In this document: positions 1 through 8,072 of the stretch, in pieces
How positions within the stretch are numbered: the stretch's first letter is position 1
Layout: the number at the start of each line of letters is the position of its first letter
From: a virus
Lineage: Duplodnaviria; Caudoviricetes
Reading direction: 5' to 3' (one strand)
Virus record (IMG/VR): IMGVR_UViG_3300012662_000015
Coordinates: 1-64,000 of that record
Length of the DNA: 64,000 nt
Notes under the pieces: model-generated
What the model saw: only the letters and a program-made list of their open reading frames with translations
The model's database searches: none
What the model was told of the DNA's origin: nothing
Made by a program: the position numbers and the translations under genes

Positions 1-114
1 GAGGTTTCTTACTGCCTCTAACACATGCTTGTGCTCTTTCCCGAACTTTTCAGCAACCAACAAGCTACTTGTTATTGCTTGGTTGTCGGCACCGCGAAAA
101 ACGATTTCGCTCAT
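1..114 (-). CDS. Rha-family phage regulatory protein, 5' part (runs off window start)
   Basis: Manual translation from ATG at 114: MSEIVFRGADNQAITSSLLVAEKFGKEHKHVLEAVRNL, matching the Rha N-terminal motif (TSSxxVAExFGKxHxxVL). ATGA overlap with the upstream stop. Confidence 0.75.
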   Translation of the reverse strand, partial: MSEIVFRGADNQAITSSLLVAEKFGKEHKHVLEAVRNL

Positions 115-347
115 ATCGTCTGTTTCCTTCTGTTTATCTTATCAGGCTCTGCTACACCGATGGTAATAGTTGAACCATCAATGCGGCAATAGTAGACGTT
201 TCCGTCCGTTCTCGGATAAGCCTTTTTCACATAACTAACCGTATTCTTGGCAGAGATACATGCAAGATAGCTCGGAAGTTCAACTGTGATCGAACCGCCT
301 GCACCGATATTTCGGATGTCGCTCACCTGTATTTTACTTGCCTTCAT
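111..347 (-). CDS. Small hypothetical protein in Cro position, divergent from repressor
   Basis: ORF 111..413 with likely start MKASKIQ at 347; first gene of the transcript divergent from the CI-like gene. Confidence 0.6.
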   Translation of the reverse strand: MKASKIQVSDIRNIGAGGSITVELPSYLACISAKNTVSYVKKAYPRTDGNVYYCRIDGSTITIGVAEPDKINRRKQTI

Positions 348-498
348 TTTGGTAAATACTTTGTTTTTACTTATTATTAACATTAAAAGTTTGGAGAAGC
401 CAAGAACAACCACTATCTTTGCATTGTTCAGATATGTAGACCGCGATTATTCTCGGCCCTCCTTACTTTGTCTTTCTGTTTTTACTGATTGACAAGTG

Positions 499-506
499 CA
501 AAGGTA
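499..506 (-). promoter_or_regulatory. Bacteroidetes -7 promoter box (TACCTTTG) for the leftward lytic transcript
   Basis: Matches TAnnTTTG consensus on the minus strand, upstream of 111..347. Confidence 0.55.
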
Positions 507-516
507 ATGGAAACAA

Positions 517-551
517 TTGTAACTACAAAGTATTTACAAATGTAATTACAA
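517..551. promoter_or_regulatory. Putative repressor operators
   Basis: TTGTAACTACAA (517-528) and the perfect palindrome TGTAATTACA (541-550) lie between the divergent genes. Confidence 0.5.
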
Positions 552-613
552 TGTTTTAACGATTGTTCACATTGTAATGGGCAAAAAGGATAAAGCTAAA
601 CACTTTTTTGCTT

Positions 614-1270
614 ATGAATAGCGTAACGGAAAGAATTTTGTCGGTTTTAAACAGACAGGGGTTAAGTATTAGTGGGTTCGCAAAAGCTGTTAACATCGAC
701 CCAGGGAATTTCAGCAAAAAGATGAAGGGCACGCAGCCTTTCACCAAGCGCGACTTCCTTTTGATAGAGAAGGCGACGGGGATAAGTAAAGAATGGTTGG
801 AATTTGGCCTTGGCGAGATGATGGCCAAGGCACGGGCGATTGAGCCATGTGATGCCGGGCAAAGCGCCACGGCGGACGGGAAGCCGTTCTACGACGTTGA
901 TTTTGCGTTGGGGTACGATGCGATGTACAACGACGAGCCAAACGTGCCGTCAAAGTACATCTCTATCCCCGGCTATGAAAAGGCCGACTTCTGGTGCCGC
1001 ACGTCAGGCGACAGCATGAAGCCGTTCATCAGCAACGGGGACATCATAGCCCTAAAGGAAGTGAACGACTGGCAAAGCTTCCTTCCGCTCAACGAAGTCT
1101 ATGCCATCATGACCACGAACGACATGCGCACGGTGAAGGTGGTCAAGGGCGGAAGTGACAACGACCACTTCGTCCTGCACGCCTACAACGAGGACTATGA
1201 CGACCAGGAGATAGCCAAGTCGGCCATCCGCAAGGTCTTCAAGGTCATAGGCGCGCTGAAGACGATGTAA
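614..1270 (+). CDS. CI-like repressor (HTH + S24 peptidase)
   Basis: N-terminal HTH (SISGFAKAVNIDPGNFSKKM); C-terminal S24 motifs (SGDSMKP, RTVKVV). Confidence 0.9.
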   Translation: MNSVTERILSVLNRQGLSISGFAKAVNIDPGNFSKKMKGTQPFTKRDFLLIEKATGISKEWLEFGLGEMMAKARAIEPCDAGQSATADGKPFYDVDFALGYDAMYNDEPNVPSKYISIPGYEKADFWCRTSGDSMKPFISNGDIIALKEVNDWQSFLPLNEVYAIMTTNDMRTVKVVKGGSDNDHFVLHAYNEDYDDQEIAKSAIRKVFKVIGALKTM

Positions 1271-1334
1271 GGGCATTTTTATGTGGCAAAAACCTCATTG
1301 ACAAAGGTTACGCACAGGCCTACGTAGGCTCATT

Positions 1335-1354
1335 TGTGAGTAACCGTGTGAGTA
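1335..1354 (+). repeat. Integrase arm-type sites, left arm of attP
   Basis: TGTGAGTA at 1335 and GTGTGAGTA at 1346; same motif as the right-arm repeats. Confidence 0.65.
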
Positions 1355-1415
1355 TAGAAAATAAAAAAATCGTAAAAACAAGAGTACAAATACGTTACGA
1401 AATCACATCGCGATT

Positions 1416-1458
1416 TTCCCAAGCCTGGGAGGCGGGTTCGATTCCCGTATTCCGCTCC
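1416..1458 (+). other. attP core = 3' half of tRNA-Gly(CCC)
   Basis: TT-CCC-AA anticodon loop, then GCCTG, variable loop, T-arm GCGGG-TTCGATT-CCCGT and acceptor 3' strand ATTCCGC-TCC. The tRNA 5' half is absent. Lies directly upstream of the integrase. Confidence 0.8.
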
Positions 1459-1586
1459 CTTGTGTAAATCTCTAAAAATCAGCAACTTACACTTCAAAAC
1501 CACTTTTCAATAGCCCCATTTAATTCGAGTCTCATGCTTGATTTATGGGAAAAATTGTTTAAATCTGTTGAAATTTGATGGTAAGT

Positions 1587-1637
1587 GTGTGAGTAAATGT
1601 GTGAGTAAAGTGTGAGTACTCGCAAAACGTGTGAGTA
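1587..1637 (+). repeat. Integrase arm-type sites, right arm of attP
   Basis: GTGTGAGTA at 1587, 1599, 1610 and 1629. Confidence 0.7.
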
Positions 1638-1644
1638 AACAACA

Positions 1645-2850
1645 ATGAACAGTATTAAAACTTACGTTGAAAGCAAGACGACATACGTCTACTTCATCGT
1701 GTCTTACAACAAGAAGAGGTTTCAAGTCTTCACCGGCTTGAAGAGTTCAGAAAAGTTTGACGGGCTCGTTTTCCCTTCTTCCGTCCCTAATCATCGGGCG
1801 AAGACCTTCAAGCTAACAAAGCTCTATTCTGCCGTCGAGGAGTACATGATTAATCACGACAGAGAGGCCGTTCCGCTAATGAAAGCGCACCTAAAAGCTA
1901 TTGTCAGTGGAGGAGCGGCATCGGAGGCAGAGAGGAATATCTTGTTCTATTTTGACGAATATGTGAAGACTAAAGCGAAGGAAAGTACCAAGCAAGTTTT
2001 CATGACGACGAAGAAAAGAATTGAACGTTTCGACGCTCATGCGACTTTTGACACCATAGATCGCGGGTGGCTCGAACGCTATCAAACATCAGAGCTGCTC
2101 AAAGGAAGGCTTGTCAATGGTATAGGCATAGACCTTAGAAACATAAGAACCGTGTTTAATTGGGCGATAGACAACGAAGTCACGACGAAATACCCATTCA
2201 GAAAATTCCAAATCAAGACGGAACGTCAAAGATATTTGTTCCTTAACGCGAAAGAGATGCGAGAGTATAAAAATTTTCCCGTTGAGCCTTTCATGGAGAA
2301 ATATCGCGACCTTTTCGTTCTCGGCTTCTACCTCATTGGGATAAACCTGTCGGATCTTCTTGAACTTCCTGCGGACTGCATCAAGAATGGGCGGCTCCTG
2401 TATAGACGGAACAAGACTGGAAGGCTTTACGACATCAAGGTTGAGCCGGAAGCCATGGAAATAATAAAGAAATACAAGGGTGAAAAGCATCTTCTCTACA
2501 TTTTGGATGGCGACCAGACAAAAGAGGCCAGCTTCAGAAGAACACTCGGAGACTATCTGAAGAGAATTGGCCCGACCAAGATGGAGAAGAACAAGAAAGG
2601 AGCATTAATCAAGAAGGCTATCACCCCACTACATAAAGATATAGTGTGGTACACTGCAAGAAGAAGCTGGGCTACAATAGCAGCCGAGCTTGACATACCA
2701 AAGGAAACAATTGGCAAGGCACTTGGGCATAGCGAATGGGATAATACGACAACGGATCTATACATCTCTTTCGACTACAAGAAGATTGACGAAGCAAACA
2801 GAAAAGTCATCGACTACGTGAACGCTGATACCGAAGAGAAAGGAGTATAG
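1645..2850 (+). CDS. int: Tyrosine integrase
   Basis: SAM-like domain plus catalytic motifs (GINLSDL, YRRNKT, YTARRSWAT, LGHS, C-terminal Tyr); adjacent to attP. Confidence 0.92.
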   Translation: MNSIKTYVESKTTYVYFIVSYNKKRFQVFTGLKSSEKFDGLVFPSSVPNHRAKTFKLTKLYSAVEEYMINHDREAVPLMKAHLKAIVSGGAASEAERNILFYFDEYVKTKAKESTKQVFMTTKKRIERFDAHATFDTIDRGWLERYQTSELLKGRLVNGIGIDLRNIRTVFNWAIDNEVTTKYPFRKFQIKTERQRYLFLNAKEMREYKNFPVEPFMEKYRDLFVLGFYLIGINLSDLLELPADCIKNGRLLYRRNKTGRLYDIKVEPEAMEIIKKYKGEKHLLYILDGDQTKEASFRRTLGDYLKRIGPTKMEKNKKGALIKKAITPLHKDIVWYTARRSWATIAAELDIPKETIGKALGHSEWDNTTTDLYISFDYKKIDEANRKVIDYVNADTEEKGV

Positions 2851-2877
2851 TGTATTTTGTGCACTTTTTGATAACAA

Positions 2878-2905
2878 AAAGGGGAGGCCGTCAAGCCTCC
2901 CCTTT
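2878..2905. terminator. Bidirectional intrinsic terminator
   Basis: AAAGGGGAGGC-cgtcaa-GCCTCCCCTTT between convergent genes. Confidence 0.8.
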
Positions 2906-2917
2906 CAGAACCTGTAC

Positions 2918-3340
2918 TCATTTCCCGTTCACGATCTTTTCGACCCTGTCCATTATGTATTTGCATTCATCGTGGAGCTTCTTGCCTTTTCTTTCATACT
3001 CCTCCTGCGGCATATTGCCTCGGAGATATTCCGTCTCGTATGTCTTTTTAAGCAAGATTTTCTCAGCGACCTGGTTTTTCAGCTCCATTAAAATCAGCCG
3101 GCCTTCGAGAGAAAGTACGTGGTTGTTTCTATCCACAGATATTTCCTCTTCGATGTCAATGCGAGTTCTAAGGATTTCGTTATCCTTTTCCGCCTTGAGG
3201 CAATTCGCCCATGCGATAACCGCTGCACACCAGATGATGGCACATTCGAGCCTATCGGATAATAGGCAAAACAATACTCCGGACACTGCTATGACCAGGC
3301 ATACGAAAGATAGGCGTTGCAGTTTATTGATTTTTTTCAT
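2918..3340 (-). CDS. Hypothetical membrane protein
   Basis: ORF with two hydrophobic segments after MKKINKLQ. Confidence 0.65.
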   Translation of the reverse strand: MKKINKLQRLSFVCLVIAVSGVLFCLLSDRLECAIIWCAAVIAWANCLKAEKDNEILRTRIDIEEEISVDRNNHVLSLEGRLILMELKNQVAEKILLKKTYETEYLRGNMPQEEYERKGKKLHDECKYIMDRVEKIVNGK

Positions 3341-3377
3341 AAGCGTTACTAAAACAGGAACATAAACGTTTTGATAT

Positions 3378-3641
3378 TCAATCTCCGAAATCAAGTTTCG
3401 GGCTGAATTTATCAGCGTACCATTTCTTGTATGATTTGCCCGAAATCCACCAGTCGAAGATGTTTTCCGCTATTTCGTTCTCTTGCTCCTCAGTCAAGCG
3501 GTCAGACGAGGAGCTTTCCGAAAACCCGTCTTCGGGTTCCGCATTGCCCACAATCCGCGATTTGTCCGTTGGTTGTGCTGGGGGGGGGTAAAGGCGTTTT
3601 CTGCTCGCATGGCTTTGCCGTTGATGAAGAACCCGTTGGTG
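3378..3641 (-). pseudogene. In-frame C-terminal segment of the PAPS-reductase-like gene, behind a TAA
   Basis: Same frame as 3642..4604 and open for 87 codons, ending ...EEQENEIAENIFDWWISGKSYKKWYADKFSPKLDFGD*. Confidence 0.55.
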
Positions 3642-4604
3642 TTAGGCCGCCATTCGTACCCCCCTGCCCGTCCTGAGCAATCCTCTGACATTTGCGAGAG
3701 GGATCCAGTCCCTTCTGATGTTCCACCAGATAAATTCTCCTTTGAATACCCCCCCATCTCGGATAGCCTTGATGGCCTTAATCCAGCCGCGCTTCACATG
3801 AGGATAACGTTCTATATCCCTGCGCTTTTGTTTGGCTGGCGACATAGGGCAGCAGATACACCCGATACGGTGGAAGCCTTGGTCATAGAGCTCGCAGTGG
3901 GCGATGTCGAGGGCGTTCAGGAAAGTCCAAACATCATCATCCGACCAATTTATGATAGGGGAAATAAGAAGAGACTCCTTGCCGCGGATGCAGCCAAGCA
4001 CTCGCTCTCCGTCCGCGTTGACAATAGTAACCTCCTTATAGCCTTTAGGTTTGCGGCCGCGCCTAATGTGATTATTCTCCTTGCGGTACTCTTCAAGCTC
4101 ATCAAGATTTCCGCTGAACTTTCTGTTGTTAATCTCAACTTCGTTCCGCTTTGCCCGGCGCGTGCTCTCGGCATGGCGGATGCCGATCAACGTAACCTTT
4201 CCTGCGCCTGCCGTTTCCTTGTACTCGGCACAACACCAGCGCACTCGCATTGTTGGCAATATCTTCATCTTTACCGCAAGATTGAAAATGCTGTCTTTGG
4301 GCTTGATGAGTTCAACGTCTGGATATTGCGTTCTCACAAAGCGGATGACCTCGGGTGGGTCAACGCTCGTAAGGTTCATGTGCGTCTTATGCCTCACACC
4401 GGCGAGTTTCACGATATGGTAGAGGCATTGACTGTCTTTGCCGCCGCTGAATGTGTTGTAAAACCCGTTTTCCGGGTCATATACAAGGGCGAGCTTCTCT
4501 GCCTTTCGCAGAAGGTTGATGCTGTGCATTATCTTCTCCTGCATCGGCTTCTTGAACTTAGGCAGGATTTCTTCGAGCCTGAAGTCTAATTGCGAATTTA
4601 TCAT
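3642..4604 (-). CDS. PAPS reductase / DndC-like PP-loop protein
   Basis: FSGGKDS PP-loop, RWCCAEYKE, GIRHAES, RIGCICCP; likely start MINSQ at 4604. Confidence 0.88.
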   Translation of the reverse strand: MINSQLDFRLEEILPKFKKPMQEKIMHSINLLRKAEKLALVYDPENGFYNTFSGGKDSQCLYHIVKLAGVRHKTHMNLTSVDPPEVIRFVRTQYPDVELIKPKDSIFNLAVKMKILPTMRVRWCCAEYKETAGAGKVTLIGIRHAESTRRAKRNEVEINNRKFSGNLDELEEYRKENNHIRRGRKPKGYKEVTIVNADGERVLGCIRGKESLLISPIINWSDDDVWTFLNALDIAHCELYDQGFHRIGCICCPMSPAKQKRRDIERYPHVKRGWIKAIKAIRDGGVFKGEFIWWNIRRDWIPLANVRGLLRTGRGVRMAA

Positions 4605-4687
4605 GTTTCCAAAGTTGGTTTTTGTATAAGCGGCACCGACTTTCACAAGCCAGTGCCGAGAAATTTCCATCGATGCAAATGAATATA

Positions 4688-5320
4688 CTAATTGTTTTGC
4701 CGTAATTTCAGTACACTCGGGAGGTGCTTCTCGCTATACTTCTTTCGCAAGTATTCAATCACTTGGTCGTCTAATTGAAACCACTCTCCTCTTACTCGTT
4801 TATCAGAATATTTCTGATGTAACTCTTTTTCGATGTCTTGATTTATAATAAGAATCATCTCTATTGTTGGTTTTTCTGATTGTAAAGTCTTTTCTCTAAA
4901 ACAAGGATTTTTCGACTTCCCAATTTTATAAAAACCAGTATTATGGTCTATCATAATGTATGTTTTAAAACCACATTCCTTGCAAGACTTAGTTGTAGAA
5001 GAATTAATCGAAAATCTGATAGGAGTTGTCATAGCAATCCATTTAGAAATTTCATTCATAATCTCACAAAGTTCTTCTCTATCTTCGTTAGGACAAAGAC
5101 AAACAAAAAGTCTGCTTTGAAAAGAAAGCAAAGATTCGTGATTCCATTCTTTCTTTTTCTTAAACTCATTTTTAAGAGAAGAAAAGTTTTCCAACTCTAC
5201 ATCTTTATTCATAAGTTCATCAAAAGAAACCGCATTGAACATACTATCCTTCGTTCTCTGCTCGACCAAAAAGTTACCCATTGGTCGTTTCATTACTTGG
5301 TTTGTTTTCATCTGCATCAT
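4688..5320 (-). CDS. GIY-YIG (T5orf172-like) domain protein with a KilA-N-like N-terminus
   Basis: TYIMID..FYKIGKS.NP..R and RVRGEWF motifs; N-terminal QRTKDSMFNA resembles KilA-N. Confidence 0.75.
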   Translation of the reverse strand: MMQMKTNQVMKRPMGNFLVEQRTKDSMFNAVSFDELMNKDVELENFSSLKNEFKKKKEWNHESLLSFQSRLFVCLCPNEDREELCEIMNEISKWIAMTTPIRFSINSSTTKSCKECGFKTYIMIDHNTGFYKIGKSKNPCFREKTLQSEKPTIEMILIINQDIEKELHQKYSDKRVRGEWFQLDDQVIEYLRKKYSEKHLPSVLKLRQNN

Positions 5321-5328
5321 GAAAAGCG

Positions 5329-5380
5329 TTAAGCCCTATCGTCCGCTTGGGTCACGCTCCAAACTTCGGATAGGGCTTAA
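5329..5380 (-). promoter_or_regulatory. Leader hairpin upstream of the GIY-YIG gene
   Basis: 12-bp perfect inverted repeat TTAAGCCCTATC / GATAGGGCTTAA. Confidence 0.5.
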
Positions 5381-5623
5381 CTGAATTTATCTGAATGGCT
5401 TGCGCCAGGATAATTCTCCGTTCGTGCTTTTAGCGCGTGACTTCTAAAGCGATTGCAAAAGTAAGCCACCGCAGCCATTCTTCCAAATACCGCAAACAAG
5501 TGTTAAATGATGGTATCTGTTGGTATCTGTGGACATCTGTTGATAACTAAAAATACCAATTTGTCTTTTTGTGATTAATTAACATTGGGAAACCACAAAC
5601 TTACAATAAGCGCAAAAAAGTAT

Positions 5624-6451
5624 CTACTTTATGCTCAGCAGTGCTTGCTTGTTGAAGCCAACGATGTTGAGCAACTCGCAAAAGAGTGCGTCGTACCATC
5701 GTATCTGCGTCTGCTGCTGGTGGTTCGGGTCTTGCTGGTTTTCACCGTACTTGCCGAAAGCAGGAGTGATGACGTACCACTTGTGAACCTTTCCTTGCTT
5801 GCCAGGGCGAGTGGCTTTCTTCACAATGCCCTTAATCTCCAACATTCGGTTAAAGGCTTGTGCGGAAATACCAACGTTGTGCTCTTTCAGGAGGTCTGTG
5901 GCAGCGTGAGTGACTGAAAGCTCCGTTCCTGCGTTCACCGCTTTGGGCAGTGCGTCGTCCAAGCCAACCATCTTGCCAATCTTCTGCGCAATCCCCAGCT
6001 TGCTTGCATCGTTGAGGTTGAGGAACTTTGCGCTCCAATCGGCAAAGGCTATCTTTGCATTTACCTGCTCTTGAATACTTGACTGCTGCTGAATGTTGTT
6101 CGCAACGTGGTGAAACACTCTGCGATAAACCTCGAATACTGGGCGAACCTTGCGAGCAACAAAATACTCCAAGCAAGCGGAAGTAATAAAATATTCGATA
6201 CCGCCACCTACAAATGTCCCATCGTTTGACCGCTCCACATTTTGGGGGAGTGGCAAATAATCAACATTCTCGATAAAATTAGCTTTCAAGGCTCTTACAG
6301 CTGCATCTTTGCGAGTGTAAGCCAACTGCCAGACATCATCAAGGTTTACTGAAAACACCTTGTCTTGCTGGTCTAATGCCAACACGCCACGGAAGTAGCG
6401 TTCAATGTCAGAAGGGACGCTCTCCTTAGTTAAAATCAAATTTTCGTTCAT
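5624..6451 (-). CDS. Phage antirepressor (AntA-like N-terminus, KilAC-like C-terminus)
   Basis: FSVNLDDVWQLAYTRK N-domain; C-terminal ISAQAFNRMLEIKGI...QTQIRWY; likely start MNENL at 6451. Confidence 0.8.
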   Translation of the reverse strand: MNENLILTKESVPSDIERYFRGVLALDQQDKVFSVNLDDVWQLAYTRKDAAVRALKANFIENVDYLPLPQNVERSNDGTFVGGGIEYFITSACLEYFVARKVRPVFEVYRRVFHHVANNIQQQSSIQEQVNAKIAFADWSAKFLNLNDASKLGIAQKIGKMVGLDDALPKAVNAGTELSVTHAATDLLKEHNVGISAQAFNRMLEIKGIVKKATRPGKQGKVHKWYVITPAFGKYGENQQDPNHQQQTQIRWYDALFCELLNIVGFNKQALLSIK

Positions 6452-6490
6452 TTCGATATATTTTTGAACGTTAAACTTTAAGATGCACAT

Positions 6491-6678
6491 AAAGGGCGCA
6501 TCATTGCCCTTTCGTTCAATGCCTATATCGGGAAGCACGACTACACCATTACAATGCAGTCAAAGGGTGATGCGCCCAAGTATCTTAAACCAAAAAGTTG
6601 TCGAGCATAAAAAATGCCCCACCGTCTTCGGCAGAGCTTCCAACCTCGCCGATATATTTATTGAACGCTGCAAAGATA
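6491..6678 (-). promoter_or_regulatory. Antirepressor promoter (-7 box TATCTTTG at 6671-6678) and structured leader
   Basis: TAnnTTTG box; alternative hairpins 6491-6512 and 6494-6503/6568-6577. Confidence 0.5.
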
Positions 6679-6827
6679 CGAAAGATTTCAGTTCTGGCCA
6701 AACGAAAACGCAAAAAATCGCTCGGCAAAATTTCAAAATCGGGCAAAAAATATTCGCAAATATTGACAATACCAAAAACTTTTCCTCTCGCACGTGCGCA
6801 CACGCGTATTAGCTTACGCAACTGATA

Positions 6828-7010
6828 GTATATTATATTTAATATATATATTATTATAATTATATTTATTTAATATATTTATTATAATTATTATATATAT
6901 TTTCTTTTTGCTTCTTTTTCTTTTTGTTTGCCTCTCTTTGCTTCTCTCTTTTCTCTTTTACTCTTTTTTGGTTCTTTTTTCTCGTTTTCTCATTTCTCTC
7001 TCATTTCTCT
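6828..7010. repeat. AT-only low-complexity tract followed by a polypyrimidine tract
   Basis: About 70 bp of A/T only (6830-6903), then about 110 bp that is almost all C/T on the + strand. Confidence 0.75.
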
Positions 7011-7191
7011 CAATTCGATGACGCTCCGAAAAATTCGCCATAACCTCAAAAAGAGTTGAACATGCTCTAAAAGAGTGACATGATTTTTTTCTTACAGGAA
7101 CTCCCCCCAAAGCCCCCTCTTTTGCGAAAGGAATGGAAAAGACACCCCGCTCAACCAACTAAGGCGAGCGGGGTGCGGTGATGACGAGAGC

Positions 7192-7434
7192 TTACTCTTG
7201 CGGCTTCTTCGTCAGCTTGTCTTCCCATGCCGGCTCTGCATCGTACGCCTTGAAGACTACGACGTTGCCCTCTTCCTCGACGTCCATCTGCTGAACGACA
7301 TCAAGGCTGTTGACACTCACAAGACCGTCTGCCTTGCGCACATTAACGTAGGCAATTGCAAGTTCAATAGAAACGTTCTCCAACACGACTTCTTCCTTGC
7401 CATTCTCAACTTTGACCAAATTGTACTTTTTCAT
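7192..7434 (-). CDS. Hypothetical protein
   Basis: ORF; likely start MKKYNLV after an A-rich leader. Confidence 0.65.
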   Translation of the reverse strand: MKKYNLVKVENGKEEVVLENVSIELAIAYVNVRKADGLVSVNSLDVVQQMDVEEEGNVVVFKAYDAEPAWEDKLTKKPQE

Positions 7435-7519
7435 AATTCTTGAATGTGTTTTTAATGATTTATATTTAAAAATGCCGAAAAACGGCGTTATTTTCGATTT
7501 AACGGCCTTCCACTCGCCA

Positions 7520-7538
7520 TGTGGACAACTTATCCACA
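7520..7538. promoter_or_regulatory. Inverted pair of DnaA-box-like 9-mers
   Basis: TGTGGACAA-c-TTATCCACA (one perfect, one single-mismatch box), intergenic. Confidence 0.45.
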
Positions 7539-7576
7539 CCGCCCGCAAAAGGCCGTCAGAAAGCTTAAATCGGGGC

Positions 7577-8035
7577 TTAGTCGCAATAATACTGCTTCGT
7601 CTGATACACGGGTTCCTTGAAGACGGTCTTCTCGTCGTCCACTTCCCCGTCCTCATCAAAGAACTCCTCTATAGGCTCACCATCGTAAACCTCATAGCGG
7701 AAATTGTTGCTGCGGCCTTCGTAGTCGTTGTCACCGTCGGCCACTTCGTCGTAGCCTCTCGTCTCGTCGTCACAATAAGCCTTGGCTTCTTCAAGCGTTG
7801 GAAACTCTTTAATCTTGAAAACCTCAACGTTGTTGTTGTAATAGACAGTGAACACGTCTACATCTACGATGTCGTTGCCGTCCCATGCAGCAGGAGCCAC
7901 ATGCTTCAACTTGGAATAATCCTCGTCGCTTATCCCGCAAACGTTCCCGTCAACACACGTGGCAACAATATTGTTATCTTCGATTACTTGCGCCAGCTCG
8001 GGTGCAACGCCTCCTACAAATTCTATTTTCTTCAT
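7577..8035 (-). CDS. Acidic hypothetical protein
   Basis: 152-aa ORF in the early operon. Confidence 0.7.
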   Translation of the reverse strand: MKKIEFVGGVAPELAQVIEDNNIVATCVDGNVCGISDEDYSKLKHVAPAAWDGNDIVDVDVFTVYYNNNVEVFKIKEFPTLEEAKAYCDDETRGYDEVADGDNDYEGRSNNFRYEVYDGEPIEEFFDEDGEVDDEKTVFKEPVYQTKQYYCD

Positions 8036-8072
8036 AGTTCCTGACTTAACCGTGATGTCGAGGGCTGAATGG

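Noticed and set aside
1416-1458. Functional tRNA-Gly gene, or attL/attR prophage boundary
   Set aside because: The 5' half of the tRNA is missing and phage genes with arm repeats lie on both sides, which fits attP.
3483-4589. 368-aa plus-strand ORF
   Set aside because: Antisense shadow of the PAPS-reductase-like gene.
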